Origin: Nageia nagi
Taxonomy: Eukaryota > Plantae > Pinophyta
Length of the DNA stretch: 64,000 bases
Assembly (NCBI GenBank): GCA_050084985.1
Contig: JBITNC010000001.1
Coordinates: 38,688,001-38,752,000 of the forward strand
Reading direction: 5' to 3'
Part shown: one piece after another, positions 12,930-25,900 of the stretch
Layout of the letters: each line of letters opens with the position of its first letter
Numbering within the stretch: the stretch's first letter is position 1
Position numbers and translations under genes: made by a program
The notes under the pieces: model-generated
Seen by the model: only the letters and a program-made list of their open reading frames with translations
The model's database searches: none
Told to the model about the DNA's origin: nothing

Positions 12930-13560
12930 ATGTAGAAGAGGATCAAACCTAAAAGAAAAGATGAGTTTAGGTAGGACACCATAGTTTGGGAGATACTATG
13001 TAGTGGTGGTATCATAAGCTTGATAGAAGCACTAGATGGTTATGACCAGGAGGGATCTAGGCAGATGATAGAGTATTGGGATGAGGAACGAGTTGTAGTA
13101 GATGGTCACAGCTTTTTCATTAGCATCAAGCTAATTGTGCAAGCTACAAGGATGGATAATATGAGTACCAAATATATCAGGGATATTTGATCCTCATTGA
13201 AGGAGGTTCAAGCTTGCTTAGAGCAAGGGGAGCTGGTTCCTACGAGGAGGTACTCAACCTACTTAGTAGCCAATATTCCATACCAATGGAATGAGATGGC
13301 TAAAATTTTATTCAAGTTGTTTACTTTCGAAGGTAGATACTCAAATATTAATGGATTTCACTTCCCTCTATTGGCATACTTCAGGGGAAATATGAAGGTA
13401 AACCTCCAGTATTTCCTCTTTCACTCTCTAGGTTCCTTCATTTGTAGGAATATAGGATGTATCCTTATCCACTAGGGATTGATTAAAATTTTAGTCAATA
13501 ACTCTATGTGAGAGGCTCAAAGGGTAATACCTCTACAAATGGTATTCTCAGATCCTCCTA
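12930..13560 (+). pseudogene. Uncharacterised TE-associated ORF immediately downstream of the LINE, decayed
   Basis: RIKPKRKDEFR*DTIVWEILCSGGIISLIEALDGYD..YWDEERVVVDG..; ORF 13197-13475 with FTFEGRY..HFPLLAYFR..VNLQYFLFHSL; homologous to 1-437. Confidence 0.55.
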
Positions 13561-14249
13561 TTGTAGAATGCTATATCACCCCCATGCATCAAAACTAGCT
13601 AAGAACTCTCCACCTACATTAACCCTGTGACATCCCATTGAAAAACCATCCCCTTCTCCCTTGCCTAAGGTGGACTCCTTATATTCACCCATAATGCCTC
13701 CAATTACCATTTTAGATGAATTTGGAATGTTATAGGTTGTCAATGCTCCAAAGGTGGTAGAGGAGGAAGTATCACCTAGGATCCAAATTCCTTTAGAATT
13801 AGAGATACTAGTTATGGAGGTCAAAGTAGAACCTAAGGCAACTCAATAGTATAGGAGAAATAAATATAAGAAGAGGCATTTTAACTTCTTCTTTGATATC
13901 TCATATTGGGATGAATTAGAAGAATGGAACGACACCAAAAAAGTCAAAGCAGATGTAAGACAACATTGGGATGAAGAGTTCATAATCAATAAGAAGAGGG
14001 AAGAGGTCTCCGTAGCTATAAAGCTAGAGGAGATACCAATGGGAATCCTAATTAGCACAGAGAAGGGCTTCACACGGATAGAGATGGTAATGTTTTAGTT
14101 AGCTTTTGAAGTTTACAAATGGGCACCATATATTTTCAAGAATCATTTCCTAGATGAGCATGCCTTTTTTTAGGTGGTGAATCCTATAGAGCCCTCTGAT
14201 GAATGATAACAATTTTATCTATGATGTTATATACAAGTATAAAATAGTC

Positions 14250-15260
14250 TTCAAATTTCTATACTTTAAAAAATTGAAATATAAGACAAGTTTGGGTAAC
14301 CCTATATAATAAATCCCCTTTAATAAAATTATCCTTACCAAAAAATAATCTTTTTAACCTAATCATTTTGATATATAACACCCATACAATTTTTCAATTT
14401 TCAAAAATAGCAATTTATAAAATAGTAAATTAGGCCTAGCAAATTTTGATATTTTTTCAAATGGATGCAAAAAAAATATCTCATTACTTGAATAAATTAT
14501 CCCATGAGGTGAAATATATTAGTGATATGTTTTTTCAAGTCAAATTCAAAAAGACCTTTAACAGTGTGGAGATAAGAATAGAGGGGTTGGATGCCAAATA
14601 CAACACTTTTAGTAAGAACTTGGAACTAGTCCAACAAGTAATATAGTCAAATTTAGTTTAAGAAACTTATAAAATACACTGATGGGTTAGATGAATACTT
14701 TTTCAAGAGTTTCTTCATTAGTAGGATAAAGAAAAGAATTAGAATGGAATTGAGGATGTTCAATCCCAACACCATGATGGAAGCCATTGAGATAGCTAAA
14801 ATTGCTAAAGATAAGTTCAATTCTCAACATCAATAGGGGAAGAAACCATTTGGAAGATCACAAATTCCTTGACTTGCTCCAAAACCTAATTGCCCATTAC
14901 AAGTTAAGGGAGTTAGTCTATATTAAATGAAGGATCAATGGGAGAAGGGTCTATGTTATAATTATGATGAAAAATATAGGCTAAATCATAGATTTATAAC
15001 ATAGAAGTTGCATTTGTTAAATACTAATTTTCCTGGTGACTCAATAGTTGAGGAGAGGTCATGGTGGATGAAGTAGTAGATGAACCTAATAACCCTAATG
15101 AAGATACTCTAAAAGTTTCTTTTAATGCCCTTTTAGGATTTACTTCTCTACAAACTATGAAATGTTGAGGATAATTCAAGTAATAAAATCTCATTGTGCT
15201 TATTAATTCATGCAATACATAATTTCATTGATCTAAGGATGGAAAAAATCAAAATACCAT
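14250..15260 (+). mobile_element. Truncated Reina-type Gypsy fragment (5' leader, gag, start of protease), related to 57807-63762
   Basis: FKSFFISRIK..RMFNPNTMMEA, EKGLCYNYDEK, VSFNALLGFTSLQTMK and HNFID; leader ATCATTTTGATATA.ACACCCATACA matches the reverse complement of about 62655-62685. Confidence 0.8.
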
Positions 15261-16404
15261 TGAAGTGATGATTAATAATAGGGTAAATTTTAAGAGCCCT
15301 ACAAAAAAATGGACATATAAAATTATAGTGATGTGGAACTTGATGATGTAGCAAATTCGGAAATATTTGAAAAAAATTGTAATTATTATTTTCTATATAT
15401 TTTTTAAAAAATATAAAAACTTGTAGATTGGAGGTGATATAAAAAAAATAATATAATTGCATGTAAGTTTTAAAAACCAAGGTCCAAAGTTTTACCTTTA
15501 TATTAAAATTTCATATTTACATTAAATGATTAAAATTTGAGTACAAAGTAGCATATCATTGTAGGAATCTACAAAGATATTTCTAGAAAGAATAATATGC
15601 AGATAATCTAATATGTCAACTATTATGATTCCTAGATGCGCTAAAGTATTTTAAAGTGAAGGTGCAAGGGAAAAATTAAAATATTCTTCTATCCCCAATG
15701 TATTTATTTCTATTATGGAAGATTATAAATCCTCTAGGTTATTAAAGTTAGAGGCATTAAGAAACTCATCTTCCAATGAAGTTTTATCTAGGAAAACCAA
15801 AAGTACACCAATAGGGAAGAGCCTTTAAATATTATTCTTTATTATTCAAGAATAGTATTTTAAATGAAATGTTGATCTTTTTTTATTATGTAAGTTAATT
15901 ATGATATATAACATGCTCATTAAAATTTAATTTAAAAGAAAATAAACCATAAAATATTACCTATTAGAAATTAGAATAATAATTAGAAACATCCATAAGT
16001 TGTGGCTATAAAAGATTTCTTCTTATTCTAGATAATTTTTTAAATTAGTTTTAATTATCATTTGAAATACTATTCTTGAATAAGTTGAAAATATGCAATT
16101 GATTCTCTTTTTTTGAGCAATTTGTTTTAACCTTTAATTAATAAACATATCATATTGTATGTAGAAGTGGGGATAGAATTTGTAGTAGCACATGGTGATA
16201 GATTTGAGAAACTCTTTTCCCACTCTCCATACATTAACATATGAAAGGTAGCTACAACTATAGAGAAAAGTTTGCATAAGAGATCAAGAACTAGAAGGAA
16301 ATAGGTTCAAATGAAAGAAACATAACTATTTATAGATTGTTGTCATGTATAAGTTATCATTTGACTTTCGAGCTAGCAAACAAGAAAGCATTTAGAATAT
16401 AGAG

Positions 16405-16975
16405 CCATGTTGAAATATTTGACATGGATTTAGCCTAATTGCATGTTTTAACATGGATTTATCCTTGTTGGATGTTTCAACATGGAATTAAAGTCCAAAT
16501 ATGTTTTAAAATGCTTCCTCCCATATGAAATATCTTTTTTGCACACAAAATATTTCAACAATATTTAAGACTTATTGAATGATCCAACCTAGTTTTAGAC
16601 TTGTTGAATGTTTCAACATGATTTACTTGTCAAATGATTCAACATTTATAAATCCATTTTAAATAATTCAAAAAGGTGAAATCCATGTTAAAACATTCAA
16701 CAAGGCTTAAACCATGTTGAAACATTTGATAAATATTAAGACTTATCAAATTATTTGACATGGCTTTAGCCTTATTGAATGTTTTGGCATGGATTAGCCT
16801 TGTTGAATGTTTTGATACGGCCTATCTTTGTTGAATTTTTTAACATATCTTAAGCATTGTTGAATGTTTCAACATGGCTTAAGCCTTATCTAAAGTTTTG
16901 ACATGGGTTTAGCTTTATTGAATGTTTTAATATGGAATTAGCCTCATCGAATAATTTGATATTGATATTTCCATG
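16405..16975. repeat. Degenerate tandem array of about 29-bp units with a 23-bp quasi-palindromic core (CCTTGTTGAATGTTTCAACATGG)
   Basis: Cores at 16405, 16434, 16463 and onward with 6-bp spacers such as ATTTAG, ATTTAT, CTTAAG; some units inverted (about 16650-16735). Confidence 0.85.
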
Positions 16976-18858
16976 TCATGCATTAAGGACTTTTGAATTA
17001 TTTATTCCTTTTCATAAATATATAACCTTCCATTATTAATTACCATACATAATATGGTAGTCAGTTGATACATGTACAAGATCTCTACAACTAACATGCA
17101 TAAATAACTTCATGATGTTTGAAATGTATTGAGTATTTTAAATAATAAACCTAGCATTATAAATATATCTTAAGAAAATAATTAGAACAATTTTAAAAAT
17201 ATAATTCTTCTCTATATATCTCTAACTTCCTCCTTCAAAAATCCTTAAACCTTAAGAAATATGAAAATGTCTACTAGCACCAAAGGCTAAGCGAACATAT
17301 TATGGAATTAATCATTCTACTACCTCGAGATAGAAGATATGTTATCTAAACCTGATGAGGTCTATCCAAATGATTGAGAAAAGGGTTATAGTATTCTTGG
17401 TATCATATACATATCTATTTTTAAGATTGATAAGCCTCAATAACATCTTATGCACTCTATCCCTGTTGCCTATGATAAAATCCACTCACATTTCTACTTT
17501 GTATTAGAGGATGAGCATGAATTCAAGGTTTTAATCCAACCTAAGGATATTACTTGGTTGATTATAATTCCTCTCAAATTAACTACCATACAAAATTAAG
17601 TTAAATATAAGTTTCCTTCTATTGATGATCATTATACATTATTGAGTAAATTTGATTTGACGTCAACCCTTTAATGGCATCAATAACTACTTCAGGTAAA
17701 AAACAAAATTAGATTTATATTTTAAACTTGATTTATATTTTAAGATTAATTTTATTAATATTTTTTTATGTTTGTTTTAGGTGGTTTGGATAGAGGTTAC
17801 AACTATGAAAAAACATTTTTTGTTTAAAGTAAAATTTTTCATGTTATAGTGGAGTTTTTCACCAGTTGTCTTATTCCTCAAGGCAGGACCATTGATTTTA
17901 TTTCTTGAACTCTAAATTACATTGTGGGTGCCATTATAAATAAAAATTTAACTAATGTACATACATTTCTAATAGTCTTAAATCCTAGTTGAATTTAATA
18001 TTAGCAATAAGCTTTGTACATGTAACACTAGTTTCTATGGAACAAATTATTACTTGTTGGGTCTTTATCATGTAAGTTTTTATCAAGTCACAAAGGATTT
18101 AAATACTCATCATTTAACATGCATACATATTTCCATTAAATGTTTTATCACATCAAATACTAAAGTTTGAGTATGTTTCTCTTGCCTTTTCTTTTGGTAA
18201 TATATGCTTATTTATTTGTACCAAATTGTTTATAATCTTTTACATATAAGAGGTTGTAGGTCATCTTAATAAGCAGCATGATTTGGGAAAAAGATCATAT
18301 ATTTGAAGATAGTGGTAATGATGATATTATTCACATAATTTATAAGGAAATTGAGACTGACAATGAAGAATTTAAAATACCCTTGCTACCAAAATACAAA
18401 AAAATGAAGGACAATTGGTCAAATATTCAAACAGGTCCTCTCCCTTGAATACCAAGTAAATCCTACATACTAAGAGTAAATTTTTCATTTTTCTAATGTT
18501 ATTTACTATTTATTATTTGCTTTACATTTTTTTATGTATTTGAATTAATGTTCTACTTTTAAATTTTTTTGGAAGGGATCATGCTTGAAGAACCACTTGC
18601 ACTCTAACCACTCATAAGAATTAGTTGTTATTGTATTGAGTGTTCCTATTTTTATTTTTCAATTTCAGTATTTTTAACATTATCTTCATTTATTTTACCT
18701 ACTGCAATACTATCACTAATAAAAGGGAAGTGATTCATAATGCCTCCACCAACTCCATAGATAAGTCTAATTCCTTGTATTTGATGACTTATTACATCTT
18801 TCGATAAACCTCAACTTCAAAAATGAGTTATCTAACTACCTTGAGTATTAAGGATAAA

Positions 18859-18970
18859 CCTCCTATTTCCATTATCTATTAATGAAATATAAATTTTTAA
18901 CTAAATTCCTATTTCCATTCTCTATTAATGAAATATATGTTTGTAATTGAATTCCTATTTCCATTATCTT
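18859..18970. repeat. Short tandem repeat, about 46-bp period, about 2.5 copies
   Basis: TCCTATTTCCATT(A/C)TCT recurs three times. Confidence 0.8.
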
Positions 18971-19178
18971 TTATTTAAACATTGTAAAAGAATGAAAAAG
19001 CACTAAAAGTGGTGTATTTTTCCATATCAGGTGAAGTCTACCTCTTAATACATTGGAATTCATAAATGATTGGGATGAAGAGAAAGTAGCCAAATCTTTC
19101 AATCCTAGATATTATTTTAGCTCATAGTAGCCTAATGCCAGTGCCAATATATCACTAGACCAAAAATGGGCTATGTAG

Positions 19179-19542
19179 TGTTGATTAATCACATCAATCA
19201 ATAAGGTTCTTATCTACAACTAAGAATCGATGGGAAAATAGAAAGAAATAATAGAAGTACAAGATATAAGTAAATGAGTCACAATAAAAGGGGATCAGGC
19301 CTTTTATTAACAAGAATAGATACAATTGGTTTATAATAATAAAGTAGCAATGCTATTACACACTCAAATCTCACCCACTTTCTCTCTACCATTGGTCCCT
19401 CCTTATTAGACCCATTCAATAGCTTGGGGAGTCATGCCTTTTTTATCAATAAAAACTAACTAATGGTAAATAATAGTATTTGGTTGTTAGCAACTGGATT
19501 AGAGTCGATCGATTTAATACATGAAATTTTCTCCTATTAACA
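19179..19542 (-). repeat. LTR (3' LTR of minus-strand element)
   Basis: TGTTGA...TTAACA termini, adjacent PPT, homologous to 27504-27868. Confidence 0.8.
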
Positions 19543-22500
19543 TACTCCCCAACTTTATTATTCATCTTATCCTCGAGTTAGGTATTATTATCTTATCCCA
19601 TCAACGATTAATATTCAATGTAGAAAGTCATTGTAAAGTCACTCCTATGTTCTTCTTTTGATCCTTACTATGAAACTTGAAATCATTTTATTGTAATATT
19701 TCTATCTTTGTTCCATAGTCATTCATATTAGATCATTGGTATGTACAAAGTAATTACTAAAATCATGTACAACTTTTATTCATGGAAGTAGGTTGACTAT
19801 CCACTAAATTTCATGTGGTTGCACTAGGAACCTAATTGGTATGGACCTAAAAGAGTTCTAGAACCAATAGTGAGTAGAGTAATCTTAAAATAAATTTGAA
19901 TGGGACCTGGCTAGAATTATAGCACCTTAGTCATCAGATGAAGTTCAAAGTATTCTTCCAAAAACAACTACTAATCATTAGCTTAAGAGTAACTTCTTCT
20001 CATAGATGTCTAACTCCCAAGCATACAAATTTATTTTCTTAAAGAGTTCAATGACAATGGTGACTAGGATATCATTTAGGAGTTGTAAGATATTGTACAA
20101 GTTCAAGGTAGCAACAGTGTAGATAGGACTCCTCTTTCTTTTTGGTTATTTCTTCTAGGCCTATAGAATTTAGGTGAGTTTCTCGAGAATCATTTTAGGT
20201 CATTGGATACTTTGGATATGGTGTTGGAATTGGGTTCTCCAAAATTAAAATACCTTTGGGTCCTTGAATTCTAAGTGATATGATCATATGAAGTATTTGA
20301 TGTAAGTAAATACTACTCTTATATATAATAATCTCAACATAATCCACCCTAATACTCCCTCACTTACTATAGGGCATCGAATATAATATTTTTTTAGGTG
20401 ATATTTGATGGGCATTTTTGATCTATAACTATGATCAGGTCTTAATCTCTAACTCTCATCTCCCATCCATTCACTTTTGGTTTGTAAGTGGTCAATAAGA
20501 TTAAACTCCTAATAGGGTAGGCTATTTCTAGGAATTGATGAAGATCTAGTTTGGTACAAGGGAATAACTCTAAAGGGAAATGGTCTATATCATAAGCTTC
20601 ATAGTAGAATCGATGAGCCATTGAATTAGTCTTCCTTGGGAATGGTTTCTTCCCTAACCAAAATTTTTGTTTGAGGAAGTCACCAAGTACATTTGTTCTT
20701 TATTTTTGATTCCTTTTATAGGTGACACTTTTCACTTAAATGGTTTATCAATTTCTGTTACTTAGTTTTTAGTAACCATCCTTAAGTTATTTTCAACTTC
20801 TTTCTCTTACACTTTTGTTATTAACATCATAACTTGAGCATAATGAGCCTTCATTGTATTACTTAAAACTAGTACAATTATTTGTAGATCATTCATTAAT
20901 AATTAACTTCTAATATTTACTAGATTACATTTTGCTTCAAATCTTTTTCCATCACAATTTAGAACTATGGTATAATTGAATTCTCTCATGCAACATCATC
21001 AATAGGAGAGTTAGTGGTAGGTTGTTGTAGTTATTGCTGAATAAGGATAAGTGTTGGAGGTAGGGGATCGATAGGGCCAAACTCAAGTTGGGTTGAGTAT
21101 TTCTCCTATTTAAAAATCCACACCTTTGTATCAGATTGATTTATCAATCAAGAGAGATAAGTTAAATTTTGGTCTGTATTGCTTAAGGAGAGTCAATTAT
21201 TTCCTTGGTGATCAACTCTTCCAATTGGGATATTTATTTATGATGCACCATGTTGATCTACTAAAGCTCCTTGAGTGTATTCTTAACTATGATTTCCCTT
21301 TCTTTCTTCTTCTTTTTTTGGACTACCACTTGGTGGTTTATTGTGTTTAGCTCTTAAAGTTATCAATGGGTATTGGAAATTGCTTCTATTTTTCTTGTGC
21401 CCATATTTGGAACTCGACCATATTGGTATTGATATGTCCCATATTGGTCTATTTATGTTGGCTAATGAAGGTTTGGATATCAACATAAATAGCTTAATAG
21501 ATTTGAATATTAACCTATATCTATTTAATAAACTCAACTCATTCCCCCTTATTTTTCTCATACTCTTTTTCTTTAAGGTACCAAAGTTATTCCAACTCTA
21601 TTTGAGCAAGGGTTTCCATTTTGTTCTCTTGTTTAGATGATCTATCTCATATTTCATTATGAAGAGATGTTCTAATTCTTTTGTGAGTTGGTGAACCTCA
21701 TCTTGTAGCTAGTTATTTCAGTTGCTCAACCTTGCTTTATCATCTATTTCTACCCAAAGAAGTTTTTCAACCATCTTTTTCCCAATACAAAGCTCTTTGG
21801 CCTCCTTAGCACACTACTATTGGAAGTTGTACAATTCCTTATCTTTATGTAGGCGAATTCTATCCATTGTAGTCTCATGATCTATTTGGTTTGCAATGAT
21901 AGTTACTACCATGCTTTGGGTTTGGTGAGCTTCCTTTAGCTGAGTTATTTCCTCATATTATTGTACCTAAACTTTGTAAGTGGATGTTACCTTTTTTCCC
22001 CTCTTGGTACTACTACTATTTTATGTAACTAATATCTTGTTGGCTATAGTTAGTGATCATTTTCAAGTAGTCCTTGATGGTTTGGTCAAGGTGGAAGTCA
22101 ATGGAAGGGAATTGTTGGAAAATAATGAAGTCAATTTTTATCATGTTGATGGGATGGGTGAGTTTGGTGATGGTGGTAGTGGCTAACTATTCCAATTTCT
22201 CATACAATAAAGTTGGTGGGATGGAAGGGTAAGTAATATGTTGTTGGAGTTGATGGACAATTTACTAGACTACCCTCATGAGCTCTTGGTGTTGGAAATT
22301 ATAAGTTCAGTGGAATAGCTTGATATTCCTATTAATGGTATCACTAATTAAATAGTGATCAAGGATGAGGAAATGAGTTGTATTGGACATACTATGACAT
22401 CAATTTTTAATGATATGGGCATTTAGAACCCATAAGTTATGTGGATTATTGAATTGTATAATGGATGTGTAGCATGATTCTAGGCATGAATGTGTTCAAG

Positions 22501-22856
22501 GATGATTACCTATCCCTGTTCTAGTGAAATAATGAGGTAGTGATTGTTGGTTACTAGAGGGTTGCTCCATCATAGTAAAACATAAATAGGAATGGACATT
22601 GAAGTAGAAACTAGAAAAAATATTAGGATAGAAGAATTGGATCTTACTTTTATCAACTAAGTTGTGTGATTTGATTATCCCAATTGTATATTTGGTGATG
22701 AATATAGTTATTCATTGATGATGATATGGATAGATGCCTTGATTAGTCATTAGATTCATTTGTTCCTACTTACCGAATAGGTCCTTCATCGATGCATTGC
22801 CTTCTATGTGGATGTTATAGGGATGTATACTCCATGGAATTAGTCTTTGAGTTTTG

Positions 22857-22940
22857 TTACTTTCACTTTTGTACACTCTTTGAGGATGAAGGAATTGTTT
22901 ACTTTCACTTTTGTACACTCTTTGAGGATGAAGGAATCGT
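22857..22940. repeat. Near-perfect 42-bp tandem duplication
   Basis: TTACTTTCACTTTTGTACACTCTTTGAGGATGAAGGAAT(T/C)GT twice. Confidence 0.9.
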
Positions 22941-25900
22941 TTTAGTAGAGCTTGGTCCTTCTTGAAATTTCTAGCTCAATTTTTTCTCCTTTTTTGTTTA
23001 TTTTCACTTAAGGTGCTCTATGATGTTCTAGCATGCATCGTAGTTGACTATATATGGGAGATTGGCATCCAAGTGTGTTTAATTTAGATTATTAAACCTT
23101 AATAATATACTATTGATGGTCACTACTAAATATATATAATGAATTATTAAACTTCTTCAAATGTATGATGGCTTGCTTTAGTATCCTTGTATTCCCATTG
23201 CCCTTAGATCAAAATTTGAACTTATTTAAACCATCCTATAAAGTTCACCATTTGACCATGGAGCTCATTGTAAATTTTTAAGATCAACCTTATTCTCTCC
23301 ATGTCAATTCACTACATTGTACTAATGACTTGCTTCCCTCTCTTTCCTTTTTGTTGGGCTACCAAATTTGATTTCTTAAAAGGCATTCTTTGTATAATGT
23401 ACATAGAAATGAGAACTAATAAAGATCCATACTTGAATATTGCATTTTTATTTACCATAATCTTGAATGAATGGTTGTTATACCTCAGCTATTCCAAGAA
23501 TATATTGATGAGGCCAAATCCCATGTGTTGATGCATTACTTTATAGGCCATCATGCATTGTATTGTGGTGATGCTATTGGTATTATTGTTGTAGTATAAT
23601 CTTTGAGAAATGATGACTACTAATGCTCAAACATGGTGTAGAACAATCAAGATCAATTCTAATATCTTTATTTTTATTTTCATGCCCATTAGGTTCTATA
23701 CAACTATAAATTTTATTGGATTTCTTCTCAATGTTAAATGATCATGTTTAGCTCCCTATTGGTTCAATCTGATCACTTATTCCATGATTTGTTCAATTAT
23801 TTCATAGTGCTTGTCTAGCCATAGCTTGTTATCATCATAATAACTATATATGAATTTCACCATATTCCCATAAGAATACAAATATGGCATATTAAGTAGG
23901 TTCATCAATCCCACATTACCGAATACCTTTCGTTACTCTAGTGTGAGTGCAATTATGTTCTCCCACACCTTTGATATTTTGGGGTCCTCTAACTTTATAG
24001 TATTTATGTAGGATATGGATTCATTAATACCTTGCACTTCATCTGATACCTCTATGAAATGGTATTGAGTGGCCTTTCCATAAATCATTCCTCCTCTTGG
24101 TTGATTAGGTGTGCCTACTTCCTTTTTAGTGTCATTTACCCTACTTCTATTGATTAATTTCTTTGTTAGTGGCTCTATAAATCTTATCTACTGATGTCTA
24201 TACCACCTATTCTATAATATTGGGTTCATGTGGTGAAGTATTCCAATTATGGGGTATGGTATTTTTAGGATTTTGAATTGATGAGTAATATTGCATGTAG
24301 TATTAGCAGTATCATGGTTTATTTGGTGTTTTTCATAATGCATACAATGGTGGGTGAGTTGGCATACCTTGAACATTTATTTAATCGATGGTGTTGCACT
24401 ATTAATTATGCTAGCATCAAGCAAATTAAAGTCATTCTTTTCAAATGGTACTCCACACTTATCTTAGCTAGTTTCATGAGGTGATATGTGTGTACCATGT
24501 AATGCCTGTTTAGAATCCTAATATATCCTAGATCATTTGCTTGTGTTTATGATTTAATTTTCACATGCAAAGGTAAATGAAGTGACTCTAGACTCATCTA
24601 TAAATGGTGTTGGCATTTGTTCTATAGTATGGAATTTTAGTATTTGGTATGACTATGCTACAAACGCTCATGGGTACAATGGTTCTACTATTTACAATTT
24701 TAAGAACTTATTTATCCATCGATACTATGGTTTCAAATATCGATTATTGGGTAGTCTTTGGTATTGTGAACCCTTGATGTATAATAATATTAATAGTATT
24801 CCTGATTGAATTTTCTAAGAATTGAACATTCATTGACCATATGTCCTTCCTTAGTATAGAGTTGGTACCTGATTTCTCTACATTATGGAGGGGTTGTGGA
24901 ATTCCCTTACATGGATAATTTACCATTTTTCTCTATCAATTTGATCAATTGGTTCAAGAGGTCATCATTGAAATTATTCATTCACCATGGTTGTGATTTG
25001 ATTTTGATTGTTACTTGTAGAGCCTCGATGTATGTTGGATATATATTTTCCATAGTTATTTTAATTTTTGATTGTAATTTTGAAATAAACCATTCTACTT
25101 TTTTTTTTCCATTATTGATTCTTGTAATCACCTTTCGGTTACCTTAAATATCTTATCATATTCTTGGAATGTTTCCCTAGATCCCATGATCATTTCATGT
25201 ATTTTACTTACACTTTCTTGTTTGGCTTCTAGGAAGTGATATTTGGCTTTAAAAGTTGCTTTAATTTGATCCCATATTTTTGCCATTTGTCCTTGGGTGA
25301 TATTTTTGAATTTCATAAACCATTGTAATACTTTATCTTGTAATGTAGCTATAAATTAAATAATGAAGATACCCTCATATATAATATTTCATTGTGTCCA
25401 TTCATTCTTTATAATAAACAAATGTTCTTTCACATCGTGGGCATCTTTTTGAAAAATTGGTAATTTTGTAGAGGTGGCCATTTATTATGGTTGATGTGGT
25501 TATTGCTAATGTTGTTGGGTGTTGTATTATCATCATCTACTTGGTTGAGGATTTGTTATTGTTTTCTGATGAAGTCGATTAGAAGTCTTGAGTTGATCCC
25601 TTTGTAAATGTATGTCAAAATAATTTTCATTGATAACTTTAAATATATATTTGAATGGTGGTTTTGATACTACCTTTATAATTTGATTCATTTTTTATTC
25701 TTGGGTTTTGGATCACTTAAAAGGATCATCCAAAATTCTTAAATTTTTAAGGTCATATAGTGGCACATGGGGCAAGGAGAAATTATGGGGGAATAGGTAT
25801 TCAGTCTATCATCTTTTCTAATTGTATATACCTATAAGGTTTATATTATTGTTTATTCTAGGGATAAAATGTACTATAGCTCTTTCTATGTTCTTTGGGG

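Noticed and set aside
16405-16975. CRISPR-like look of palindromic repeats with spacers
   Set aside because: Spacers are only about 6 bp and similar to each other, repeats are degenerate and bidirectional, there are no cas genes and the context is plant nuclear DNA
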